DNA of 64,000 nucleotides from contig OZ024749.1 of NCBI GenBank assembly GCA_964016885.1, positions 25,048,001-25,112,000 of the forward strand, given 5' to 3'. The stretch comes from Eledone cirrhosa (Eukaryota). The notes under the pieces were generated by a model. It ran no database searches and had not been told where the DNA came from. It was given only the letters and a program-made list of their open reading frames with translations. Numbering within the stretch: position 1 is the stretch's first letter; each line of letters begins with the position of its first letter. The position numbers and the translations under genes are program-made. Shown here one piece after another: positions 23,603-38,330 of this stretch.

Positions 23603-24608
23603 AACCTGATATGGCTCCAGGTTCGAGACAGATTGTAGAAATTAGGTTCAAATCGGTCTGATATTAAATTAAATGTTCATTCTCCAGAATTATAAAATAA
23701 AATAGAATAGTTGATATAACGAATTGGGAGATATGTAATAAACAACTGATAAATCAACTGCAGTAGAAATGTATAAAAGGCCAAAGACGACAAATAAACA
23801 CAACAAAGTAATGTTGTTTTATTATTCAGTATTTTTTAACATAATATTTCAATATAATTGAACATAAAATTGTTACATTACAAGTGTGTGATAAATCTAA
23901 AATATTGTACTGAATTATTATGTTTAGTAAAAATAAAAACATCAACAATACTTTGTTTTGTTTATTTGTCACCATTTGCCTTTGTATATTTCTACCGCAT
24001 TGTACCGATGTTCCGAAATTATCTGTCATTTATTATATAAAATATGTAAAATAAAATAAATCAGGCAACAACAGATATCGATATTGATATCAATAAACCC
24101 CAAAGGATTTGGGAAGTATGACACAAAGCTTGGAAATCCCGCATATATCTGGATAGTTCCGCTTAGTGATCAGAACTTAGACTGCTACGAACATGTTCAT
24201 TTCTGGAGCAGGGTATTAAAAGTCCTTTTCATTAGGATAACTTACATTGAATTTGATACAATATGCGTGCAGGCATTGGTAGGTGGTTGAGGGAAATGTT
24301 AAGCCAGAAGATCGTTCTAAGTTTTGAACTTGGAAAGTTGTTACAAACATAGAAGTATATTGATCAATGCGTTGTAAGAATAATATAAATTCGGTTACAC
24401 AAATACACACGTACGTACATATATAAATATATACATATATATACATATACATACACATGCGCATACACACACACACACACAGACATATATATATATATAT
24501 ATACATCACATATGATATATACATGTGTACGTTCGTGTGGCTGTGTCTGTATATATAATATATACCCTTATTCATACACCCACACTCACATATAAACATA
24601 AATACATA

Positions 24609-24702
<94 letters not shown>

Positions 24703-25406
24703 TGCCTGCTTATTTGTGTGTGTATGTGTGTCTGAGTGTATGTTTGTGTGATATGTGTGTAAGAGTGCTTGCATGGTGTTTATTTCACATTATGTGTGTC
24801 TCATTGTATTGTCTGTTATGGTGTGTATGAACGAATGAGCAGGGTGATAAACGATAAATACCAAACAAATATTATGCAAACAACTACAACAACCACATAA
24901 ACACCAATAAAACTACATAAAAGAAGCCGACAGTCTGCTAAAGAACAACACACTAACATAACAGAGAGCACAACACAACACAGCACAATTCTGATTACTT
25001 AGATCTGAATACGAATCTACAATGAAATATCTATTGTGTAATGTATTTGAAAGCAACACCATGTTACAATTATATTAGCTGCATTGTTCAAATATTAACA
25101 TTATCAGATTTAGAACGGCGAGAACTGGTCTACGATTGATCGCAAAGATACTACCATATTGTTATACACAGTGCACAATTGTTTCACACAGTAACAACTC
25201 TAAATGAATGACCGCCATTTCATGGCTTAATTTATAATGTATCATAGAAGAATCTGAAGCAAAAGTTTCATAGTCCTTTTAGCCTACATTATAGTTTAAT
25301 TGCAACCATACTGCGTACCGCCGTCGATTTTCCATTTATTATAGATAAAAGTTCCGTGATGAAATGTAGGTCTATCAATAGTTTGTATTCTTTTACTGAT
25401 TTAATG

Positions 25407-25481
<75 letters not shown>

Positions 25482-25537
25482 TATATATATATATATATAT
25501 TTATACACACACACAAATATATATTATATATATTTAT

Positions 25538-25609
<72 letters not shown>

Positions 25610-25633
25610 ATGTGTATTAATATATATAGTATG

Positions 25634-25668
<35 letters not shown>

Positions 25669-25759
25669 GTACATACTATATATTAACACACACACACACA
25701 CATATATAAATATATATGAACATATTAGAAATATTTATACACACGACGTATAAATATGT

Positions 25760-25952
25760 AGGGCGATGGATTGGCAGTATCGGTAGAGGGTCGGATGACA
25801 CGCTTTGACATATAGAGTTACGGCCCTTGCCATTCTGAGTTCAAATCCCGCCGAGGTTAACTTTGCCTTTCATCCTTACGGGGTCGATAAAATAAAGTAC
25901 CAGTAATGCTCTGGGTAATTGCTGGCCTTGTGCCTAAAGTAGAAACAATTAT
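25760..25952 (+). mobile_element. tRNA-derived SINE, family A
   Basis: Near-identical to 22064-22254. Confidence 0.9.
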
Positions 25953-25969
25953 ATATATTTATACACACC

Positions 25970-26024
<55 letters not shown>

Positions 26025-26092
26025 GTACATATTATATATATTTATACACACATATATATATATATATATGTAGATATTATATATATAAATAT

Positions 26093-26123
<31 letters not shown>

Positions 26124-26407
26124 AATATATATATATATAAATATATATATATAGATATAGATATATATATAACTGCTCTGTAAACAACCGATGTTATTAC
26201 ATTGAGCTATTTATCTTACTGGTAATAAGATAGTAATTAATGACTATCTTTCACTATTTAGGGTTTGTATAAAAAATATATAACCATAAAAGGTTTTATT
26301 ACATACATAACCATAAATAGTATCCTTAATACTTATATATATATATATATATATATAAAGAATGAATAATAACAGGTAGACATCATATAAATGTAATTTA
26401 TTCTTTG

Positions 26408-26519
26408 TGCTTACAAATGTTTCCACGGTGGTTATACAGCCTAGTTATGCTATGTGCAAATTTATAACTATTTGCAAAACTCAATTTTCAAATGCTGTGA
26501 CCACTGTATTATCAGAGCA
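26408..26519 (-). ncRNA. Degenerate type-I hammerhead with a long stem II
   Basis: rc: TGCT-CTGATAA-T-ACAGTGGT...ACCACCGT-G-GAAA-CATTTG-TA-AGCA. Core change G8->A. Confidence 0.6.
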
Positions 26520-27101
26520 GAATGGTTAAAATGTACAATGTAAATACCCTTAAGTGAGGTTATTGGGGAAGATGAAGTAGAAAAGGAAAACAGAAAAGAA
26601 GGGGAGAGGAAGAGCGAGAGAGAGATATGCAGGGGTAGAAGAAATGGGAGAGATTGGTTTGTAGATATCTTAATCAAAATGTTGTGGTAGGGTTTTTATT
26701 ATACTGGTTACTCTTAAAGCGACCACCTTAAGCGATGCGTTGAGAGTCAAGTTTTGAATTATTTATTGCCCCAGAGGGCAGGTTCATAGATGTGGAGAGG
26801 GAGGGAGGTAGACCTAGGGCGAGAGAGAGAAAGTGGAATGGATAGAGAGGGAGAGATAGAGAGGGGACAGACGAAAGCTATGGGGTGGGTGAACATTGGG
26901 TTCATAGTAGTAATCTGCGAATTGCACTAAGTTACCATTTATAGTGATAAGCAGGGTATTGTCTTGTAGTGTGGGGGAAGAGAAAGTGGTTAGCTAGAAA
27001 GCAATGTTATAGTTACGGGTTCGAATGTTAAGTTATTTTATAGTGAGAGAATTTAGCTTTCAGTTTGTGGTTGCAGTATAATGATCGTTCGATTCTATCA
27101 T

Positions 27102-28200
27102 TTAGTAATTTATTTTGGATTTTAATATGTAAAAGAGTTGAAGGTTACATAACCTACAGTACTTCAATCCACTCCGATATGCACTAGCGCTGGAAAGTAT
27201 ATCCCATTTCAAGGTGAAATGTTGGTTGCGTACACGGAGTTGCCAGGTCTTGTTGGCGAGCGTGGTCACAAAACGGTGATCAGGATGTTTAATTGAGAAT
27301 CGATGGCGGTAACAGCGAGCTTTAAAAGAGGTGGTGGTAGACCCGATGTAATACCATTTCTGGTCGTTCGATTCAACCGTGCATTGGTAAACAATGTTGG
27401 ACTTTAGGCATTTATTATTTAATGGAAATCTTTCTGGTAGGTGGCAGTTACAGTTTTTGTTGTTGGTAGCGGGTATACCATGGATAGGTTGTGATAGCAG
27501 TACAGGTGGGTTGTGTAATACCTGTCTCCCATTTAGTGGTTGGGAGGCCGATATTACGTTATGCTCATCTGTTATTAAAATATTTTGTTTTGTAGTGTTG
27601 TTTAATTGCTTTAAGTTAAGTTTTTTTATGTATGCTTCAAGGTTTGGTGCCGTGGAGTATGATAGTCTAATAGTTTTAGAGGTCAGAATTTTACTGTATT
27701 TATGGGAACTAGGGAAATGGTTATTGATTAACTTAAAGCATGAAAGAGATAGTTTTGTACTAATCGAAGCATTAAAAATAGGATTATACCAGATATACTT
27801 TCTACATCGTGATTTATTTGGTGATGATTTTCTATTATTAGTATGTATGGTGGTACTGCGCTTGTATTTCAGTACCCCGGTTACATATTCCTTGATTTCG
27901 TGTAGAGCTATGTGTGTTATGGAGATTCTTATCAATGTATTCTATTGTATCCCGGTAGTCGGCATTCCTTAATGCATTATTATAGTATTCAGAGTGTTCA
28001 CTAAAAATCTCAGAGTCAGACCATAGGCGAGAGATTCTAAGAGAAATACTACGGGGAACCGATTTGATCATGGAAAGTGGGTGGTTTGAGTTAAAATTGA
28101 TATAGGTAAGGTTCTCATTTATCTTGTGAAAGGGTCGTATCAGTCCGGTATTTAAATTAAGAATTACGTCTAGAAAATTTACTACTTTAAGACTGTATTC
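27102..28200 (-). pseudogene. Penelope-like RT thumb plus GIY-YIG endonuclease, frameshifted
   Basis: IWYNP..., CNC..PL..KCL..NIVYQCTV..YYIGST..FKAR..H, and a C-terminal CRLC. Confidence 0.85.
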
Positions 28201-28256
28201 GTACGTTATTTTTAGATCCAGTTCACTAAAAGATTTTCTAATGTTTTTCCGTAGCC

Positions 28257-28321
<65 letters not shown>

Positions 28322-28709
28322 TATTATATATATAAATACACAGACACACACACATATATATATATATATCTGTAAATAGATAACTCTGCTCAATAACTAT
28401 GCCTCTATAATCCTGTATGCAACAGTCAGAAATATGTCTCCATGATTTTACCACAGAAAAGTTTGTTATGGAACATTTACTATATATATCTGCAGCAAAC
28501 AATATGTAATTTACATAGTACTCTATATGGCACTTTGTTACATACTCTGTCACCCTCCCTCTTTCTTTCTCTCTCTTTCTCCCCGATTCTCTCTCCCTCT
28601 CTCTCTTTCTCTCTTTCTCTCTTTCTCTCTTTCTCTCTTTATCTATCTCTCTCTCTCTCGCCCAGCACTTCTCTCTCTCTCTTTATATATATATATATAT
28701 ATATATATA

Positions 28710-28768
<59 letters not shown>

Positions 28769-28812
28769 TGTTTGTGTGTGTGTATTCAGTGAAAGAGAGA
28801 GAAAGAGAAGTG

Positions 28813-28849
<37 letters not shown>

Positions 28850-29562
28850 GTGATAAGCGGAGCAAGTAAGATTCAAACAATTATTTTAAATAAATTAAAA
28901 AAATATAATTTATATATTTACCTATTCCACTTCCTTTTACCGACGGTTTCACCTTACAAAAAATTGGATGTCCTAGGGGCTTCCAATGGAAATGGTCGGA
29001 TCATCAGAGAGCATTTTCCTTTCCTAGGACAAAAGTCCCAGGAACGGCAAAATATATTGCCACCTGCCAGCTAGCACAGGATCAAATGAGGCCGTACACT
29101 TGACCTGTGCATGAACCAGCCTTTAGTAGAAGCGAAGTAAACATAGACGCATTGTCTATCACGCCACTAAAAATAGCAGCTAAATAAAACAACGGATTTG
29201 TTCTCTACATAACGGAGTATATACAAAAGGAGATTAATATCCCCTCAGGTACTAAGTACCCCTGGAAATATATAGGGTGTCTATGATACTTGCTCCGCTC
29301 ATGTCAGTTTTATAGTTCTGGCATGTCAAATTAATACCATAGAACAACCACTGTATCATAGACATCCTATATATTTCCAGAGGTACTTAGTACCTGTGGG
29401 GATATTAATCTCCTTTTGTATATGTATATATATATATATATACACACACATATAGAGAATGTGAGAGGGTGGGTAATAGAGATAGTTATATAGATCGCTA
29501 GGCGTATCGATATATAAACAAAGAGATATGTGGAGAGACAGACTGATAGATTTATAGATATA

Positions 29563-29913
29563 TTTCTTTATTAGCCACAAGGGCGCACAAGAAAAGGGGA
29601 CAATACAAAGACATGCCGGGGATTTTACATACAGTCGTGTAAAAAATATAAAAACTAACAATTGCAACAATCGAAATCCCCAATAGGGGGGAGGCGCCAC
29701 AAATGGGTTGTTTAATACCCCGTCGATAGAACAACCCTCAACTCCAGGAGCGTGTTGTGCAAGTGCTCCTTTCTTCCTTAGCTCTCTTCCTCAACCTTAT
29801 AAACAGAGAAGGCCCACTCACTCGGGCCATTTTCGCTTCATTCACCCACCTTTCAGTAAATTTACTGGGGTGCAGTGCCTCTCTCTCCACCCTGATTCTT
29901 CTTCTAAAGTGAT
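29563..29913 (-). mobile_element. 5'-truncated Tx1/L1 copy in a GATA tract
   Basis: Encodes HFRRRIRVEREAL..ERWV..ARVSGPSL like the ORF2 C-terminus and has the same 3' terminus. GATA on both sides. Confidence 0.9.
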
Positions 29914-30211
29914 TTATAGATAGATAGATAGATGGATACAGGTCAAGGACAAACGTAAGTAAACGCAATGTTTTCTGTTAAACGTGAATTCGTCCAGGAA
30001 ACTACCTCTGATGCACAAATAATTCCAACATTTAATACATACACACTTACATTCACATTTTTCCACACACATACACACACACTGACTCGTCTATACACTT
30101 ACCCACACTCATATACACACATATGAACATACACACATCTCATTGTCATTTTAAATTATATGTTCTACGGTTGACATAGTTTATTGCTGACAGTCTTGCT
30201 TTTGTTATTTG

Positions 30212-30216
30212 TAGTG

Positions 30217-30254
<38 letters not shown>

Positions 30255-30294
30255 TCAGCATCAACAGTAGTAGTATTATTATTAGTAGTAGTAT

Positions 30295-30327
<33 letters not shown>

Positions 30328-30480
30328 TAGTAGTAGTAGCAGTAGTAGTAGTAGTAGTAGTAATAGTAGTAGTAGTAGCAGCAGTAGTAGTAGTACGAGC
30401 AGTGGTACTAGTACGGGCAGTAGTAGTAGTTGTAGTAGTAGTAGTAGTCGTACGAGCAGCAGTAGCAGCTATAGTAGTAG
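30212..30480. repeat. (AGT)n/(AGC)n trinucleotide repeat
   Basis: Direct inspection. Confidence 0.9.
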
Positions 30481-30842
30481 ATGTTGTTGATAGTGTTTCC
30501 GCGGTCCTTTCACTGTTTGTCATAGAATTAGAAGACACAAAGACAGGAATGAATCTAATAATTTCTAGTGGGATCGATAGTTATTGTTTGGAGCGAAATA
30601 TATCGAAGATTCGGACATTTTATGTGATTGAATCAGAGATTTGAGCTTGAGAAATAGAGAAGTTTTATCTGCTAAAACTGAAAATGAATACCGATAATTG
30701 TATTGGGTAAAATTAACTGGAAAAAATAGGTTTTGTTATTAGAACAATAATAAATATGCTCTCAGCATTTTTTGAGAAAAACAATCTATTGAATTGCAGT
30801 TCTATTGTGTATCTCTACGTGGCAAATTGCATTGCTTTAATG

Positions 30843-31150
30843 AGACACTTGGCCGTGTGGCCTACTGGTAAGTTATGATGATCTTACGATCATAAATTCG
30901 TGGGTTCGATTTCTAGATTGGACCGTGGTATTATTAGAACAACAATAAATATGCTCTGAGCATTTTTCGAGAAAAGCAATCTATTGAATTGCTTTAATTA
31001 GACATATGGGCCGTGGGGCCTAGTGGCAAGTTATGCTGGTCTTACGATCATGAACACTTTAGTTCTATTTTTTGGATTGGGTTGTGTGATGTGTTGTTGA
31101 GAAAAAACAGTTCATTTCACGGTACTCCACAATACTCAGCTGAAAATGCC
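30843..31150 (+). mobile_element. Duplicated tRNA-like SINE heads (family B)
   Basis: GGCCGTG.GGCCTA.TGG.AAG..GTTC.ATT occurs twice within a local ~190-bp duplication. The second copy continues into CTCAGCTGAAAATG. Confidence 0.55.
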
Positions 31151-31712
31151 GAATGCCATTCTCTATCCATACTCTGATCCTCACAATTCTCTCCCTGTAT
31201 TTCTCAATCTCTTCCTCTGGAGCAAATTGGCAGTGTTAAGGCATGGCGAAGGATGTGTACGTGCATTTGATATGCACAATACACTCTGTACTTTAAGAAG
31301 TCCCCCTTACGCAACCTGTATCTTTTAAGAGAACATGATATGTTATGGCATATGAAATGCAGACTAAATCTGCTTCTTTCTTATATTGCGAAGCACAAAT
31401 TGCATAGAAAGAAAACTAACCACTCCTATAGGTAGACAATTGCATTGAGATGCATAAAGTTAAATAGCATTTTTAAAACATTTGTGGCTGTCATGTTTGA
31501 TAAGTTGGACGATTTTAATATTCAAACAGGGATATAAGTTTACAAACACACAATCACTGAGAAATACACATATACATAAGATTATATGCTTGGACATATA
31601 TGTATATATACATCAATATATATATCTACCTAACTATCCATCTCTAGCTCTCACTCGCTCTCCTTACACGCACACACATATACATATATATGTGTGTGTA
31701 TATATCGATATG

Positions 31713-31743
<31 letters not shown>

Positions 31744-31838
31744 TCATAAATATATAAACGTAAATATATATACATATATATAGTCAATTATAAATATGTA
31801 TATATATATATTTATAATATTTGCACAGATTTATCATT

Positions 31839-31906
<68 letters not shown>

Positions 31907-31943
31907 GTGTGTATATGTATATATATATACATATATATATATA

Positions 31944-32922
31944 GTGTCAGGTCACTCTTGAGTGCTACTGGTAACATGTAAACCAGTACAAACTGTCGCA
32001 TGGTCGGGTCGCCGGCGACTAAACCGGCAACCCCACCAAGTTTACTTGGTGAGGAGGGTGATTTTGGACAAACTGCAGGACAAAAAACAAAATCTGACAA
32101 ACGGCGGAAGAACTCATAAGAGTCAACGGCCATCCCCAAAATGTCTAAATATGTATATACACATGTACATACGTATGTGTATGTATATGCGTGTGTATAT
32201 GCCTGGAGTGTCAGGGAGGGGAATTTACCTCTGTAGGGAGGGCTAGCCATGCTCTTTTCAGGACAGCTCGTCCTGCATTGGGTCCCACCTGACACTCTGC
32301 TCTCACCTGTGGCCCCAAGAAGGTGTAGCATTTGACAGCGGCCCCACCACTGTAAACCGCCTTGGTTGGCGGGCCGAAACAGGTTGACGATAGCATGACG
32401 GGCCTGAGACACCCCAGGTAGTTAGATAGGGGATGCCTTCCCCTTCATGCGAAGACTGGACACGGCGGATGAGTGGAGGACAACAACGTCCAAACGGTCA
32501 CAAAGGCGGCTACGGCAAGCGGTGTGGAGCGCATAGGCACGGCAAGGCACTACAGACATCGTGGCCATCCACTGCAGCCAAGGAGGTCCCTGGTCGTGAC
32601 GGTCCTCCGTAACACCGGATTCTGGCTTCTGCGGCCGAGTGAGTGCGACCGTCACTGTGCATTGGCCCACCCACTATAATACTTTCCCGCAGAGGTTTCT
32701 TCTTTAGCGTGCACTCCCAAAGCTCTGCAGCGACGGGCGAGAGGTGGAGGCAACAGGTGGAGGTAACCTCTGGGAGTAGCCAGTGTGACTCCGGTCTCTT
32801 TCCCTGCCCGCACTGTCCTCGGACCTAGAAGTCAAGGATCAGCCTCTACAGCCACTTTCGTGCCCACGGCAGACGGTAACAACATTAAAGAAGATGTCAT
32901 CAGCGATTACGATGGGCAACCA

Positions 32923-32924
<2 letters not shown>
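31944..32924 (+). mobile_element. Internally deleted RTE-clade element (5' UTR plus 3' zinc finger and tail)
   Basis: The 3' part translates [23 protein letters not shown], an RTE C-terminal C2H2 finger. The 5' ~190 bp are shared with 33109. Confidence 0.7.
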
Positions 32925-32965
<41 letters not shown>

Positions 32966-33001
32966 TATATATATGCATGTATGTATTTAAATATATATAT
33001 G

Positions 33002-33863
<862 letters not shown>

Positions 33864-34310
33864 AATACACACACCTGCTGGATTTCACTTCAATTTATTA
33901 CACATGTTTTCAGATAAGAAATCATGCAAAACAGATTCAAAAACACAAACACACACACATATATATATATATATATACATATATAGGGGGGGGGGGTATG
34001 TGTGTCTCTTTGGGGACGGATGAGAGAAGAGGCGTAGAATTGTTGATAGTGTTCCTGTCAAATATACACGAGTAGATGTTTTCCGTAAAGTTATATAAAA
34101 TAAATCCGTTGTAATAACATAAATTGTAGAGAGTTACTCAACATATTAGATATGTCTGAATCGACATGTTTTATATGTCCATAAGTTGTCTCCCGAGATC
34201 ACGTTTATATACACATACATATATACATTCATATGTTCATACATATATTCATACAAATATATAAGCATACATACATACATAAATACATACATACATACAT
34301 ACATATATAC

Positions 34311-34357
<47 letters not shown>

Positions 34358-34457
34358 GTAGGAGGTGAGTTTTATTGTAGTACAATAAAGCAATGCAGAT
34401 ATCGGATAAGAAGCACTCTACAGTTTGTAGGACTGGAGTATACATAATATACATTAT

Positions 34458-34505
<48 letters not shown>

Positions 34506-34551
34506 CACATATATAAATGTATGTATATATATATATAATTGTATATATATA

Positions 34552-35440
34552 CTAGCAGAATGGCTCGGCGTTGCTCGGGCTCCTAAACAAAGATTGGCAA
34601 ACTTATCCCTCCTTTCTGAAATAGTACAGAGAAGTACGGAATACCTCGGCATTGGGATGGTGTCTACATTTTGTGCTTAGGCAAATAATTTTCCATAAGA
34701 TTTTTCAAAAGCATGTAATTGCTTGTGTTTCCTCTCTTTTTTGTTGTTGTTTTTGCTGCTGTTGGTGTGATAGCAGCCGTCGGTCGTACTACTAACCCAG
34801 TCTCGTCCTTCTTCAGCCCACCGTGTATATCTCCTGCCTCGTCTACCTAAACAATGATTGTAGCACCTCCTTGTACACAATGTTCTTTGTTCTTCCGTGT
34901 CGGACATATGCAAAGAGATTTGTATTGCTTCCCACTCATGAGCAGCCAACGTATAGTTGCCCGTGTGAAAAACATGACTCTTCCAAAAGAAGCAACAGCT
35001 AGGGTCTCACCCTCGAATTTGTTGATAGCCATTGCAAAGCTGAAACATTCCGGCGAATGGTTCGTTGGTTGTCTGTTTCAAATGCTCTTCTGGTCTCAGT
35101 ACGTTCAGCATCTTGCGACCGTCGAATAGCAGATTCCACTGATGATTCGTTTGCCCGCCTTTTTCTTTTTATGCCGCTTTCGCAGTATTTCGGCCAATGG
35201 AGTATCTCTTCCTTCGAGGTATGACCTAAAAGCAGAACGATGTACACTAAGACTAACTGGTAGAGTAAGGTGTAAACCCTGCATGTGATTTTCGAACCGT
35301 TGACTCCGTAATTGATGGCCTTGAGCCAAAAGTAGTGGGACTTTTGGGGTGGAATATTGGCAGTAACAATGATGATAAGCCGTCTGTGCTTTCGTGAAAT
35401 AAATAAGTTTGTTTATATTTTGTTCTTGTGTATGCAAATA
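34552..35440 (-). mobile_element. Non-autonomous Helitron remnant
   Basis: rc encodes a PIF1 helicase end, FAMAINKFEGETL / CFSHGQLYVGCS*VG..TKNIVYKEVL. 3' end has GC-rich hairpin CCCGAGCAACGCCGAG then CTAG|T. The 5' boundary is approximate. Confidence 0.85.
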
Positions 35441-35979
35441 TATATGTACACGAATATATAATTATATACATATATATATATATATATATATTAAAATAAC
35501 AGATTAAAGTTTAAGCAAAGAATCGCTGCTGTCAACATTAACGGGATCTTCTGAAACTAAAAATATCAATCTGTGAACGCAGAAGTAAATATTTCGAAAA
35601 ACGTTGCAACCGAAGGAAAACAGGAAGACGATACTTTGTTGAAGATGTAAAGACGTGAAAACGTACCTTGGCAATGAACGGAAAATTGGGAAGATAATAC
35701 GTCAGCAATGAGAATAATTTTTATCATAATGTCGTAATGCAGACAGCCAGACATACAGAAAGATATTATAAGGCCGCGTTATAGCTATGGATCTATCTAA
35801 AAAGAAAGACTAAGAAAGAGAGAGATCGATAACCGGCACCAAACACGCCTATAACAAGACAATTGAAAGATAAAAGCTGCAGTTAATATTTTTAGACTGC
35901 AAGGAATATATAAATGCAAGTTTGAAGTCAATCGGAGTAGAAATATGGATTTGTATAGACTGTTAAGCCAGAAGACTCA

Positions 35980-36238
35980 CTTAGCCGGTGCTTATCCCGG
36001 TTTCATGGCGTGAAGCGACTGAGAGTACAAGACAACACCCCCCACCCACCCCTGGGCAGGACGCCATTCCATCGCAGAGTTAAACCTCCAGCTATTGCTG
36101 GTACTCATTTTCAGCTGCGTATACTGGAGCAACGCGGAAATGAAGTGTTTTGCTCAAGAACACAACACGCAACCCAGGAATCGAGCAAACGACATTGTGA
36201 TAGTAAGTCCAACACCCTTACCACTAGGTCACGTGCCT
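35980..36238 (-). mobile_element. tRNA-derived SINE, family B
   Basis: rc begins AGGCACGTGACCTAGTGGTAAGG (A box) ... GCTCGATTCC (B box), then a conserved central domain also seen at 23430 and 31090. Confidence 0.75.
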
Positions 36239-36556
36239 CTACATATATATATACACACACACACGCACGCACATATATATGCATATATGCATATACATAT
36301 TCATATACATATATATTCATATATATATGCATATACATATTCATATACATATACATATTCATGTACATATACATATACATATACATGCACATGTATATAT
36401 ACATATTTATATGTGTATATGCCCAGCAGGAATACATGGGATAATTGATGGAACCGCTTTGTAAGACGTGATATGCTATTTCTATATACGTGTCCTTCTA
36501 CACGTTAGATGACGATTGAATTTGCCACATATCCGTAGGCCTCATGTCATACAAAG

Positions 36557-36627
<71 letters not shown>

Positions 36628-36674
36628 TATATATATATATATACATTATATACATACATATATATATATATATT

Positions 36675-36760
<86 letters not shown>

Positions 36761-36765
36761 TATAC

Positions 36766-36821
<56 letters not shown>

Positions 36822-36823
<2 letters not shown>

Positions 36824-37416
36824 TGGCTGCCAACTCGTTTTCGAGTACGGCCACTACTTTATATTCATGTAGGAGAAACCCTACCGATGCGCTGACTTTT
36901 TAGTCCTGCCAGCGACTTAAAAACTCTGGTACAAACACTACACTTGTGACAATTATTGACACATAATGCTGGGCCCATGGTACCATGTGACGACAAGTGC
37001 AGAGATCTCCAGATATAAAGCAATGCCTGTGCCGTGAAGCTTTTATAGTGAGCAAAGGCACTGCACAAAGCCAGTCCCACTCTCTTGACCAAGATGATAT
37101 TTACCAAAAAGAAGAACAAATCAACATCATTGGATACCATCAGGGTTGCAGGTGTTATATCAGAGTTTTCCTTCTCCTAGAATTCTGCCTTGACAAAGGC
37201 TTAAGGGGTCACCTCTCCAGGTGATTTTGAATGGCCATTGACTCTTAAGAGGTCATTTGCCCTTTGACCGGTTTTGTTTTTAGTCCCGCAGGATGTCCAA
37301 AGTCACCCTCTTGACCAATAAAACTTGATGTAGTTGCCAGTCTAGTCGCAAACGACCCGACCATGAGACAGGCTGTACTGGGATACATGTTACCAGTAGC
37401 ACCAACTGGTGACCTG

Positions 37417-37418
<2 letters not shown>
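36822..37418 (-). mobile_element. Non-autonomous RTE-derived element
   Basis: Reverse complement of 33109-33716. Confidence 0.85.
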
Positions 37419-37451
<33 letters not shown>

Positions 37452-37561
37452 AGAACAAAAGATGGTTAAAAGAGTTCCATGTATTTTATTATGCGCATTT
37501 CAAAAAAACTCACCTCCTACATTATATATATATATATATATACATATATGTATATATATAT

Positions 37562-37592
<31 letters not shown>

Positions 37593-38069
37593 TTAATTAT
37601 AACGAGCCAGACGTTTAGGCTTCGTCTAGCGTCACCACAATCCACTCATTCAAAGAATTAACAATAATTTCATGCTGTAAATATAAATCTTCAATTCAGA
37701 AGGGATATAATACGTTACATATTATTTTAAAAACTTATGCTCCGAACCGGACAGTTTCAACGTCACTTCATATGCGCAGCAAATAACATGGAGACACCAC
37801 GTGGTATTTCCAAAAAATTAGATCATTCCTCATATTAACACAAAGTGTCAGAGACTAACATGCAGACTTGGAGATAGCGCCAGAGTCATAGCATGACTTA
37901 ACTTTGGTTAGGAAGTGGCGGAGTGTATCTGTATATGTCTACAGAATGTGTCAATGATTTGACAACTATAGAACAAATTCATCAGGACAATCAACAATAT
38001 GTATTTATGTATATTTATATATGTGTATGTATGGATTTATGTGCTGATGTATGTATATGTGTATGTATG

Positions 38070-38218
<149 letters not shown>

Positions 38219-38292
38219 AAAAAGAGATGAAATCGAAAATGCAACTGAAGTCTGATTTTTTTTTTTTTTTAAATATATATATTTATTTGGTT

Positions 38293-38330
38293 CCTTTACC
38301 GGTTTCGCAGTTCTTCTGCTTTTCAAAAGG
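38293..38330 (-). ncRNA. Minimal type-I hammerhead, U3-A8 core variant
   Basis: rc: CCTT-TTGAAAA-GCAG(AAGAA)CTGC-GAAA-CCGG-TA-AAGG. Confidence 0.7.

Larger units (their letters stand above)
26171..28260 (-). mobile_element. 5'-truncated Penelope-like element (possibly Naiad-type) in (TA)n
   Basis: RT C-terminus VNFLDVILNL..SNHP (28080-28200), followed by a GIY-YIG domain, then a 3' region with a hammerhead motif at 26408-26519. Confidence 0.8.

Noticed and set aside
24240-24385. Minus-strand frame ending at a GTAAGT donor
   Set aside because: No clear acceptor site and no homology I can recognise.
31944-32130. Twister or HDV ribozyme at the RTE 5' end
   Set aside because: GAGGAGGG is present but the required core and pseudoknot pairings could not be placed.
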